From: Spirochaetia bacterium
GTDB taxonomy: Bacteria; Spirochaetota; Spirochaetia; SZUA-6; Bin103
Direction of reading: 5' to 3'
Assembly (NCBI GenBank): GCA_965208575.1
Contig: CBDBOV010000006.1
Coordinates: 1-64,000 of the forward strand
DNA: 64,000 nucleotides
The notes under the pieces: model-generated
What the model saw: only the letters and a program-made list of their open reading frames with translations
What the model was told of the DNA's origin: nothing
Databases searched by the model: none
In this document: positions 11,901-18,014 of the stretch, piece after piece
Position numbering within the stretch: the stretch's first letter is position 1
Layout of the letters: each line of letters opens with the position of its first letter
Position numbers and translations under genes: made by a program

Positions 11901-12884
11901 GTCTCCGGTCCCGGTGCTGAAGTCGATCTTCACCCGCGGCGTGCCGGTGACCGTCACCGCCTTGCTGAAGGTCAGCCGCACCCCGATGGGCGCGCCCTGC
12001 CCATAGGTAGCGCCCCCGTGCGACGACATCGCCACGCCGCTCACCGTCGCCGCCCGCGACTGCCGCCCGTCCACCTTGTGGTTCGCGTCATGGGCGAGGC
12101 CCACATGCGAGAGCACCGCGTCCTGGGTACTTGCCACACGGCGTATCGTGCCGCCGTTCAGCTCCAGCGTGTTCGCGAGCACCGCGATGCCGCCGGTGGA
12201 GCGGTCCGCCTGCACCACCGTGTAGGCGAACTCCAGCGTCCTCGTGCCGCTGCCGCTCGCGTAGTCCGCCCACTTCTCGTCCCCGGCCCCGGTGCTGAAG
12301 TCGATCTTCACCCGCGGCGTGCCGGTCACCGTCACCGCCCTGTTGAAGGTCAGCCGCACGTCGATGGTCTCGCCCCGCTCGTAGGTGTCGTCGGCGACCG
12401 GCTCCGACGACACCTCGACCCCCGTCGCCGTCGGCACCATCCCGGTGACGTTTTTCAGTGCAATCAGTCGTGCCCGCTGAACCGCGTTGCCCGCGAGGTC
12501 CTGGAGCCCCTCGGCGCGGTCTGTGGGCGGTCTGTATAAAAAACTGTTTGACAACCGGGAGGAGCTTGGCGGCCAGCCCGGTTGCGCCTGTACAGTGCGT
12601 TCGCCCAGTCCGACCGTCACCACGTTGCCGCTGATCGTCACCTCGCCCTGGGCGGAAAAGCCCTTAGACTCCAGCGAGCCGTGCCAGCCGTAAATTCCCA
12701 CCCGGAACTGTCCCCCCTTCGAGTCCGGATCCAGCGCCTCGCTGAAGAAGAGGGTCACCGTCCGGCCGTCGATCTCGCCCCGCACCAGCGTCGGCGGCGT
12801 GGTGTCCCAGCCTTGCGCGGCGGCGAACGGCGCCAGCGCGGTCGCGACGGCGGCCAGCAGCACGAACGTACGGACGAACTTCAT
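3849..12884 (-). CDS. Giant surface adhesin/autotransporter-like protein (3011 aa): Sec signal, SwmB-type and Ig-like repeats, Calx-beta, C-terminal beta-barrel
   Basis: Signal peptide ending AAAQ; repeats DTTPPTLVRGEIDG..TLxFSEALD and VTVTGTPRxxID...YASGSGTxTLxFxYTV; Calx-beta motif VTVDYATSDGTATAGEDY...GTLTFAAGETTKTVSVPVLDD; C-terminal amphipathic strands ending in aromatic Y (IRLSLDARY); strong GC3 bias. Confidence 0.88.
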   Translation of the reverse strand: MKFVRTFVLLAAVATALAPFAAAQGWDTTPPTLVRGEIDGRTVTLFFSEALDPDSKGGQFRVGIYGWHGSLESKGFSAQGEVTISGNVVTVGLGERTVQAQPGWPPSSSRLSNSFLYRPPTDRAEGLQDLAGNAVQRARLIALKNVTGMVPTATGVEVSSEPVADDTYERGETIDVRLTFNRAVTVTGTPRVKIDFSTGAGDEKWADYASGSGTRTLEFAYTVVQADRSTGGIAVLANTLELNGGTIRRVASTQDAVLSHVGLAHDANHKVDGRQSRAATVSGVAMSSHGGATYGQGAPIGVRLTFSKAVTVTGTPRVKIDFSTGTGDEKWATYTGGSGTKTLEFAYTVAAGDAMSAGVAVLANTLELNGGTIVSVSTAGENANLAHAGLAHDPSHRVELTPPTLSAARVDGATLALSFNELLGTAASLANGAFTVKKTPSGSGEQTVSLSGSPAISGATVTLTLTNAVLSTDTDVKVSYTKPTTGTGNRLRDRAGNEVASFPAQTATNGSRSPRVERAQVDGTVLTITFDETLGVAASLANGAFTVTKTPSGSSEQTVSLSGSPVIDGATVTLTLATAVLKTDTDVKVSYTRPTGGTGNRLRDEAGNEVASFPGESVTNITGDTTPPTLVRGEIDSGTVALFFSEALDPNSMGGTFRVTVRSYKTTVTYSAFGEVAISGNVVTVGLGGGDEQVKLRLSGNYVFYRPPTDRTAGLQDLAGNAVQRTRLIALKNVTGVPTVTGVEVSSEPVADDTYGRGETIGVRLTFSKAVTVTGTPRVKIDFSSGAGDEKWADYASGSGTTTLEFAYTVAQADRSTGGIAVLANTLALNGGTIRGVASTQDASLTHAGLAHDASHKVDGRQSRPPTVTAVAVSSQPVDDDTYARGATIGVRLTFSEAVTVTGVPRVKIDLSTEAGDEKWAAYTGGSGTTKLVFAYTVAAGDASSAGVAVLANSLALNSGTIVSVSTAGENATLAHAGLAHDANHKVDGSPPTLSAAAVDGATLTLTFNETLGTAASLANGAFAVKKTPSGSGEQTVSLSGSPTISGAVVTLTLANAVLDTDTDVKVSYTKPTMGTGNRLRDEAGNEVASFPAQTVTNNTDPAQHPSAAVDDATGTIVTLTFDEPLATPSARQLLSLRETFLIQGARFQGAPVTDQSPNTVAVNGATVTLTLGTGVLAGHQAMVSYRPSPSLGAALEDTHGNEVAAFQRTVTRSAGERAVRPTLTRAVASGTKLTLYYDETLDTGSVPAAGAYTVRAGTAAQTVSGVAVSASAVTLTLSASVAASAAVTVDYTAGTNPVQDTAGNDAANLSGESVTNLGPTSPGKPGLAAADPASVAHRTLTLAWTQPLDPAHVPDRSAFSMSWGYLPVESVAVRGNEVELGLKWPVFPCNRTGTVSYAKPTTNALRNVWGVQADGFSEQAVRNAHAQWCVDRFSGVSVSRSQMRLRFEGALTREAPPRAEDFRASGAGDGGGGASARSVRTPGGAPALAVEDAALSADGREVVLSLSRAPAEGERLTVRYVPPHSGGTGLWDVEGHQVAPFTGQAVAGGGPAVIGVAVVSEAGSDATYAAGEAVRVALTFGEAVEVDTTNGTPRLKLDLGGEGGAGERWAAYEGGSGTETLTFAWTAAAPDEAPTGIAVLADTLELNGGTIRSAATQEDAALGHSGVAHDPAHRVDAAPPELVRGEIDGATMTLTFSEALDPEATGGEFRMELEDPELGVVGFVAAGEVAVEGATVTVGMGERYPRAEPGLEDNSVLYARPVDGGGGALRDLAGNPVLAPGPMFRGDGSEWRYVRIGLENVTGGAPAVTGVAVVSDAGDDATYALGERVRVAVTFSAAVEVDTAGGTPALTVDMDPAEWGEKRAVYAGGSGTDTLVFVHEVVEPNLSTQGIAVLADTLALDGGTIRAAATQADAALGHPGIDHDPSHKVDWRLAPVPVAVTGVEVVSDAGSDGAWAEGETVEAAVTFDAPVRVDTEGGAPTLALIADTRAANGGIRRAAYVSGTGTARLVFAYRVVEADGSVRAPVRVAASGLKSNGGAIVAAAGGAPASLGFGEAPGVTEVSVAAQADGRFEAGETVEVTLTFAEPVAVEGAPTVAVTFGEVERRAAYVRGSGGDRLTFAYTLAEGEVWQGTVGLAGDSLRLDGGSVSSAGGGLAAALAHPEVEGAAAAPPPSVAAVAVMSDAGSDATYGLGERIRVRVSFTGAVTVTGAPEIAIDMDPAKWGTKRAVYERGSGSPTLIFVHEVVEPNISTQGIAVLADTLDANGGAIVSTPTGADALLGHVGLAHDPAHKVDWRMSPPASSSGPPAVTGVSVVSSPASGDTYLLGETIRIRATFSEAVTVTGTPTLSIDMDPAEWGEKQAAYASGSGTSSLIFAHTVVEPNLSRQGIAVLADTLTLSGGTIRTAGGTDAALGHTGLGHASGHKVDWRPALSVADARAREGVDEAVEFEVSLSRAFTGAGHSVTVDYATSDGTATAGEDYTAASGTLTFAAGETTKTVSVPVLDDSHDEGHETFSLRLSNLVGARAGDLEATGTIENTDPMPRAWLARFGRTLAEQVVDAVGARLAARGGGGAQARIAGQELSAAGGLDADESARLADQELARWLAGRPEQPRTMSGGELLAGSAFAVTSAAAEDRPAAALWGRGGWSRFEGREGSLSVEGEVTTALLGAEVDSGAWLGGVMLSHARGDGSYRADAGAGTVASTLTAVHPYVGVDLSERLTAWAAGGLGLGGLTLTPEGSAALETDLSLVLAALGARGRLVEPTAGSGFSLAIETDAYWVRTGSAAATGLAEAQADATRIRLGLDGGYRIGLGRGGALEPTVAVGVRHDGGDAETGYGMDVGGGLAWSAPALGLAAQVAARGLLTAEFDGFRDLGLSGSLAWDSDPASDRGASLTVTQTVGAAATGGSRALLGRPTLAGLAATGDGLDRRRLELKFGYGFPAFGERLTATPELGVALSDTAREFRLGWKIGLARSGTSSFDLGVEAIRTEPVNDSGPQHGIRLSLDARY

Positions 12885-15048
12885 GGCGCTCTCTCTTGCA
12901 GGCCGGGCTTCCGTCGCGTCATCGCGGCCTGCAGTGCGCGCCGCCCGCGCATCAGTACCGGGCGTCCAGCTTCAGCCGGATGCCGTGCTCCGGCCCGGAG
13001 TCGTTGACCGGCTCGGTCCGGATCGCCTCGACGCCGAGGTCGAACGACGACGTTCCGCTCCGGGCGAGCCCGAGCTTCCAGCCGAGGCGGAGCTCGCGCG
13101 CGGTGTCGGACAGCGCGACGCCCACCTCCGGCGTCGCGGTGAGGCGCTCGCCGAAGGCGGGGAAGCCGTAGCCGAACTTCAGTTCCAGCCGACGGCTGTC
13201 CACGCCGTCGCCGGTAGCAGCCAGACCGGCCAGGGTCGGCCGCCCGAGCAGCGCCCGGCTGCCGCCGGTGGCCGCGCCGCCCACGGTCTGGGTGAGGGTC
13301 AACGACGCTCCCCGGTCGGATGCCGGGTCCGAGTCCCAGGCGAGCGACCCGGACAGGCCGAGGTCGCGGAAGCCGTCGAACTCGGCGGTCAGCAACCCGC
13401 GCGCCGCCACCTGCGCCGACAGCCCGAGCGCCGGGGCCGACCAGGCCAGCCCGCCGCCCACGTCCATCCCGTAGCCGGTCTCCGCGTCACCGCCGTCGTG
13501 GCGCACCCCGACCGCGACCGTCGGCTCCAGCGCGCCGCCGCCCGCCAGCCCGATCCGGTAGCCGCCGTCGAGTCCGAGCCTGATCCGCGTGGCGTCCGCC
13601 TGCGCTTCCGCCAGCCCGGATGCCTCCGCGGAACCGGTGCGCACCCAGTAGGCGTCGGTCTCGATGGCCAGCGAGAAGCCGCTCCCGGCGGTCGGCTCCA
13701 CCAGCCGCCCGCGCGCGCCCAGCGCCGCCAGCACCAGCGACAGGTCGGTCTCCAGCGCGGCCGCCCCGTCGGGCGTGAGCGTGAGCCCGCCCAGCCCCAG
13801 GCCGCCGGCCGCCCACGCGGTCAGCCGCTCGCTCAGGTCCACCCCCACGTAGGGGTGCACCGCGGTCAGCGTGCTCGCCACCGTCCCCGCGCCGGCGTCG
13901 GCCCGGTAGCTGCCGTCGCCGCGTGCGTGCGAGAGCATCACCCCGCCGAGCCACGCTCGGGAGTCCACCTCCGCGCCGAGCAGCGCCGTGGTCACCTCGC
14001 CCTCCACGCTCAGGCTCCCCTCGCGCCCCTCGAACCGCGACCACCCGCCGCGGCCCCACAGCGCCGCCGCCGGCCGATCCTCCGCAGCGGCGGAGGTCAC
14101 CGAGAACGCGCTGCCGGCCAGCAGCTCGCCGCCGCTCATCGTGCGCGGCTGCTCCGGCCTGCCCGCCAGCCAGCGCGCCAGCTCCGCGTCGGCAAGCCGC
14201 GCCGATTCGTCCGCGTCGAGGCCGCCGGCGGCGAGCTCCTGCCCGGCAAGCCGCGCCTGTGCACCGCCGCCGCCCCGCGCCGCCAGCCGCGCCCCGACCG
14301 CATCCACCACCTGTTCGGCCAGCGTGCGTCCGAACCGCGCCAGCCACGCCCGCGGCATCGGGTCCGTGTTCTCGATCGTGCCGGTCGCCTCCAGGTCGCC
14401 CGCGCGCGCGCCCACGAGGTTCGACAGCCGCAAGCTGAACGTCTCGTGCCCCTCGTCGTGGCTGTCGTCGAGCACGGGCACGCTCACCGTCTTCGTCGTC
14501 TCGCCCGCGGCGAAGGTCAGCGTGCCGCTCGCCGCCGTGTAGTCCTCGCCCGCCGTCGCCGTGCCGTCGGATGTGGCGTAGTCCACCGTCACGGAGTGCC
14601 CCGCACCCGTGAAGGCGCGGCTCAGCGACACCTCGAACTCCACCGCCTCGTCCTCACCCTCGCGCGCCCGTGCGTCCGCCACCGAGAGCGCCGGGCGCCA
14701 GTCCACCTTGTGGCCGGAAGCATGGCCGAGGCCGGTGTGGCCGAGCGCCGCGTCCGTCCCGCCCGCCGTGCGGATCGTCCCGCCGCTCAGGGTCAGCGTG
14801 TCCGCGAGCACCGCGATCCCCTGCCTCGACAGGTTCGGCTCCACCACCGTGTGCGCGAAAATGAGGCTGCTCGTGCCGCTGCCGCTCGCGTAGGCCGCCT
14901 GCTTCTCGCCCCACTCCGCCGGGTCCATGTCGATGGACAGCGTCGGCGTCCCGGTCACCGTCACCGCCTCGCTGAACGTCGCCCGGATCCGGATCGTCTC
15001 GCCCAGCAGATAAGTGTCGCCCGAGGCCGGGCTCGACACCACCGACAC
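12858..15048. repeat. ~2.2-kb near-identical direct repeat, copy 2
   Basis: Aligns with 3757-5948. Confidence 0.95.
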
Positions 15049-17517
15049 GCCGCTCACCGACGGCGGCGCCGGCGCCTTCACCGTCGCCGACACCGCGCTC
15101 GACAGCCTCCGCCCGTCCGGCGTGCACAACGCGCCCGTCGCCGTGCAGTCCGTCGTCGCCGGCAGCGACACCGTGACCTCCGCCCCCGAGGTCGGCTGCA
15201 CCGTGACCGTCCAGCGCCGGTTGTCGCCCTTCACCACCCGCTTCGTGCGGGTCACCGTCGCGTTCGTCGCCTGAAGCGCCTCGGTGCGCAGCGTCGCCGA
15301 GGAAAACTTCCGCACCAGCGCCTCGCTGAACTCGAGACCGAAGCTGAACGCGCTGTCCCTGCCCTCGTGCGAGGCCGGCACATCGACGAACCGCGCCGTC
15401 AGCGGCGGCTGCCCCCCCGCCGTCCGCCAGTCCACCTTGTGGTTCGCGTCGTGGCCAAGGCCGTCATGCGCGAGGTTCGCGTCCGCGCCGTCCGCGCCGA
15501 TCGTCCCGCCGGCGAGCTCCAGCGTGTCCTCCAGCACCGCGATGCCCTGCGTCGAGATGTTCGGCTCCACCACCGTGTGGACGAAGGTCAGGCTGTCCGT
15601 GCCGCCGCCGCTCGCGTAGGCCGCCCACTTCTCGCCCCACTCCGCCGGGTCCATGTCGATCTTCAGCCGCGGCGTGCCCGTCACGTCCACCGGCCCGTCG
15701 AAGGTCACCCGGACCTGGATGGTGTCGCCCAGCCCGTAGGTCTGGTCCGCGCCCGTGCCCGAGACCACGGACACGCCGGTCACCGACGGCGGCGGCGGCG
15801 CCGTTACCGTCGCCGTCACCGCGTTCGACAGCCCCCGCCCGTCCGGCGTGCACAACGCGCCCGTCGCCGTGCAGTCGGTCGTCGCCGGCAGCGACACCGT
15901 GACCTCCGCCCCCGAGGTCGGCTGCACCGTGACCGTCCAGCGCCGGTTCTCGCCTTTCACCACCCGCTTCGTGCGGGTCACCGTCGCGTTCGTCGCCTCG
16001 AGCGCCTCGGTGCGCAGCGTCGCCGAGGAAAACTCCCGCACCAGCGCCTCGCTGAACTCGAGACCGAAGCTGAACGCGCTGTCCCTGCCCCCGTGCGAGG
16101 CCGGCACATCGACGAACCGCGCCGTCAGCGGCCGGCTGCCCCCCTGCCCCCCTGCCCCGGACGCGGTTGGGAGGCGCCCGCCGTCCACCTTGTGGTTCCG
16201 GTTGTGGGCGAGGCCCCCATGCGCAAGCGTCGCGTCCTCCCCGGCATCCGACGTGGACTCGATCGTGCCGCCGTTCAGCGCCAGCGTGTTCGCGAGCACC
16301 GCCACGCCCGCGCTCGACGAGTCGTCCTGCGCCACCGCGTAGGCGAACTCCAGCCTCGTCGTGCCGCTGCCGCCCGTGTACTCCGCCCACTGCTCGTCTC
16401 CGTCCGACGAACTGAAGTCGAGCTTCACCCGCGGCGTGCCGGTGACCGTCACCGCCTCGCTGAAGGTCAGCCGCACCCCGATGGTCTCGCCCTGCGCGTA
16501 GGTGTCGTCGCCGACCGGCTCCGACGACACCTCGACGTTCGTGGCCTTGGGCAGACAGAGACGAGCCGCCGCCCGGCGATAAGCGCCGGCCGTCTGAATG
16601 GCGGCCGCCTGAATGCCGGCCGTCTGAAAGCCGGCCGCTTGAACGCCGGCCGCTTGAACGCCGGACGCCTGAATGCCGGCCGCCTGAAAGCCGGCCGCCC
16701 GGCTGCCCGCCGCCTGAAAGCTGGACGCCCCGAAAGGGCTGGCCCACGTCCCACAGTCAGGGACCACCGTCCGACCAGCAATGCCGTCCCACTGCGTAGC
16801 TGCCACCTGGTTGCCGGAGGGGTCCTGGAGCGGGTTGCTGGTCGGCTTCGTGTAGCTCACCGTCACCTGCGCGCCGGACGCCGCCGCCGAGGCCAGGTTC
16901 AGCTTGAGCGTGTCCCCGGAAATCTCCACCGGATCGGTAGTCGCCAGTGTGGCCGCACTACCGCCCACCGTCACGGCAAACGCGCTCGCCGCCGGCTTGG
17001 AGCTCGTGTCCAGTTGGGTGTAGAAGGTCATGGTCACCACCGTGCCGCTCACCTCCACAAGCCTGACCGCCGGCGTGGAGACATTGCTCAACTCGATCAT
17101 TGGTGGTATGTCCCTCACCTCGTTGCCGGCAACGTCCCGGAGCTTGTTGACGGCTCGGCTGCTTCTGTACCTATAAAACCAGGCACGATGGCCCGGTGTC
17201 GCCCGTCTGACGCCACCGACCATCACCTTGGTGCCGCTGATCACCACCGGTCCCTTTGACCAACAAGTGCTGCCGCATCGGCATATCCACCCGGGACGGC
17301 ACGAGGAGCACGGGAAGTTCACCTGCGCCCAGAAGGCGCGCGCCGCCGGCACCGAGGTCGTGTCCAGCGTCTCGCTGAAGTAGAGGGTCATCGTCGTGCC
17401 GTCGATTTCACCCCTCACCAGCGTCGGCGGAGTGGTGTCCGGGGCCTGCGCGGCGGCGAACGGCGCCAGCGCGGTAGCGACGGCGGCCAGGAGCGCGAAC
17501 GTACGGACGAGTTTCAT
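12952..17517 (-). CDS. Paralogous SwmB/Ig-like repeat, Calx-beta, autotransporter-like surface protein (1521 aa)
   Basis: Nearly the same signal peptide (MKLVRTFALLAAVATALAPFAAAQ) and a near-identical C-terminal ~700 aa; different passenger with two copies of a PLTARFVDVPASH... module. Confidence 0.88.
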   Translation of the reverse strand: MKLVRTFALLAAVATALAPFAAAQAPDTTPPTLVRGEIDGTTMTLYFSETLDTTSVPAARAFWAQVNFPCSSCRPGWICRCGSTCWSKGPVVISGTKVMVGGVRRATPGHRAWFYRYRSSRAVNKLRDVAGNEVRDIPPMIELSNVSTPAVRLVEVSGTVVTMTFYTQLDTSSKPAASAFAVTVGGSAATLATTDPVEISGDTLKLNLASAAASGAQVTVSYTKPTSNPLQDPSGNQVAATQWDGIAGRTVVPDCGTWASPFGASSFQAAGSRAAGFQAAGIQASGVQAAGVQAAGFQTAGIQAAAIQTAGAYRRAAARLCLPKATNVEVSSEPVGDDTYAQGETIGVRLTFSEAVTVTGTPRVKLDFSSSDGDEQWAEYTGGSGTTRLEFAYAVAQDDSSSAGVAVLANTLALNGGTIESTSDAGEDATLAHGGLAHNRNHKVDGGRLPTASGAGGQGGSRPLTARFVDVPASHGGRDSAFSFGLEFSEALVREFSSATLRTEALEATNATVTRTKRVVKGENRRWTVTVQPTSGAEVTVSLPATTDCTATGALCTPDGRGLSNAVTATVTAPPPPSVTGVSVVSGTGADQTYGLGDTIQVRVTFDGPVDVTGTPRLKIDMDPAEWGEKWAAYASGGGTDSLTFVHTVVEPNISTQGIAVLEDTLELAGGTIGADGADANLAHDGLGHDANHKVDWRTAGGQPPLTARFVDVPASHEGRDSAFSFGLEFSEALVRKFSSATLRTEALQATNATVTRTKRVVKGDNRRWTVTVQPTSGAEVTVSLPATTDCTATGALCTPDGRRLSSAVSATVKAPAPPSVSGVSVVSSPASGDTYLLGETIRIRATFSEAVTVTGTPTLSIDMDPAEWGEKQAAYASGSGTSSLIFAHTVVEPNLSRQGIAVLADTLTLSGGTIRTAGGTDAALGHTGLGHASGHKVDWRPALSVADARAREGEDEAVEFEVSLSRAFTGAGHSVTVDYATSDGTATAGEDYTAASGTLTFAAGETTKTVSVPVLDDSHDEGHETFSLRLSNLVGARAGDLEATGTIENTDPMPRAWLARFGRTLAEQVVDAVGARLAARGGGGAQARLAGQELAAGGLDADESARLADAELARWLAGRPEQPRTMSGGELLAGSAFSVTSAAAEDRPAAALWGRGGWSRFEGREGSLSVEGEVTTALLGAEVDSRAWLGGVMLSHARGDGSYRADAGAGTVASTLTAVHPYVGVDLSERLTAWAAGGLGLGGLTLTPDGAAALETDLSLVLAALGARGRLVEPTAGSGFSLAIETDAYWVRTGSAEASGLAEAQADATRIRLGLDGGYRIGLAGGGALEPTVAVGVRHDGGDAETGYGMDVGGGLAWSAPALGLSAQVAARGLLTAEFDGFRDLGLSGSLAWDSDPASDRGASLTLTQTVGGAATGGSRALLGRPTLAGLAATGDGVDSRRLELKFGYGFPAFGERLTATPEVGVALSDTARELRLGWKLGLARSGTSSFDLGVEAIRTEPVNDSGPEHGIRLKLDARY
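15085..16132. repeat. Two ~320-bp internal domain duplicates (~15085-15405 and ~15810-16132)
   Basis: PLTARFVDVPASH...LPATTDCTATGALCTPDGR occurs twice, nearly identical in DNA. Confidence 0.85.
16585..16719. repeat. Nine 15-bp in-frame tandem repeats (xQAAG pentapeptide)
   Basis: Units resemble GCCGGCCGCCTGAAW; protein FQAAG SRAAG FQAAG IQASG VQAAG VQAAG FQTAG IQAAA IQTAG. Confidence 0.9.
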
Positions 17518-17664
17518 GGCACTCTCCCTTGCCGGCCCTTGCCGGGCTTGCGTCGCGTCATCGCGGCCTGCAGTGCGCGCCGCCGCCCATCACCGGGCGT
17601 GCAGCTTCGTTCGCGATAGCCTCGGCCGCCGGCGAGGCGCCGTCCAGATTCCGTCCGCATGCTG

Positions 17665-17740
17665 CCGGATTATACCGGGTCGTGTATAAAATGTGCGTAC
17701 CAATACGGGTTGTTTTAATATTCTTATCATCAACTTGTCG
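17665..17740 (-). promoter_or_regulatory. AT-rich probable promoter of the surface-protein array
   Basis: AT-rich patch in very GC-rich context; TATAAT on the minus strand at 17669-17674, ~150 bp upstream of the 17517 start. Confidence 0.5.
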
Positions 17741-18014
17741 GTATCCGGAGGGGGCGGCGCGGAGCCGGCCGCCGACCCGCGCCGGCGGACTCCGTCGCCC
17801 GGGGCGCGCCGCTGCAGTTCCGCGTCCGGGCTGAGCCGGCCCCGCGGGCGGTGCCCGCCGCCGGAGGTGCCCGCCGCCGGAGGAGATCGAGTACTGGCTG
17901 CCCTCCGAGAAGGCGTGGAGCGGTCGACCCGAGTCAACCTCGGTCAACCCCCACCCCGTTGACGCGAAGCGGGGTCTGTGCCACCCTGGAGGCGAGTTTG
18001 AGGAGGATCAAATC

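Noticed and set aside
12538-12543. Homopolymer tracts (A6 here, C7 near 15412) as phase-variation switches
   Set aside because: Too short to support the claim, and the frames are intact.
10679-12806. Diversity-generating retroelement (TR/VR pair) as the cause of loop variation
   Set aside because: Differences are not adenine-restricted (C/G and C/T changes, indels), both copies are coding, and no reverse transcriptase is in the window.
16585-16719. CRISPR array
   Set aside because: Contiguous 15-bp units with no spacers, in frame in a CDS; no cas genes.
3882-17259. Very long plus-strand ORFs (851, 1952 and 1486 aa) opposite the adhesin genes
   Set aside because: Arg/His/Pro-rich shadow frames expected from extreme GC3 bias on the coding strand; no motifs.
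17690-17705. Sigma54 promoter (TGGTAC on the minus strand)
   Set aside because: The -12 position reads TTTT rather than TTGC.
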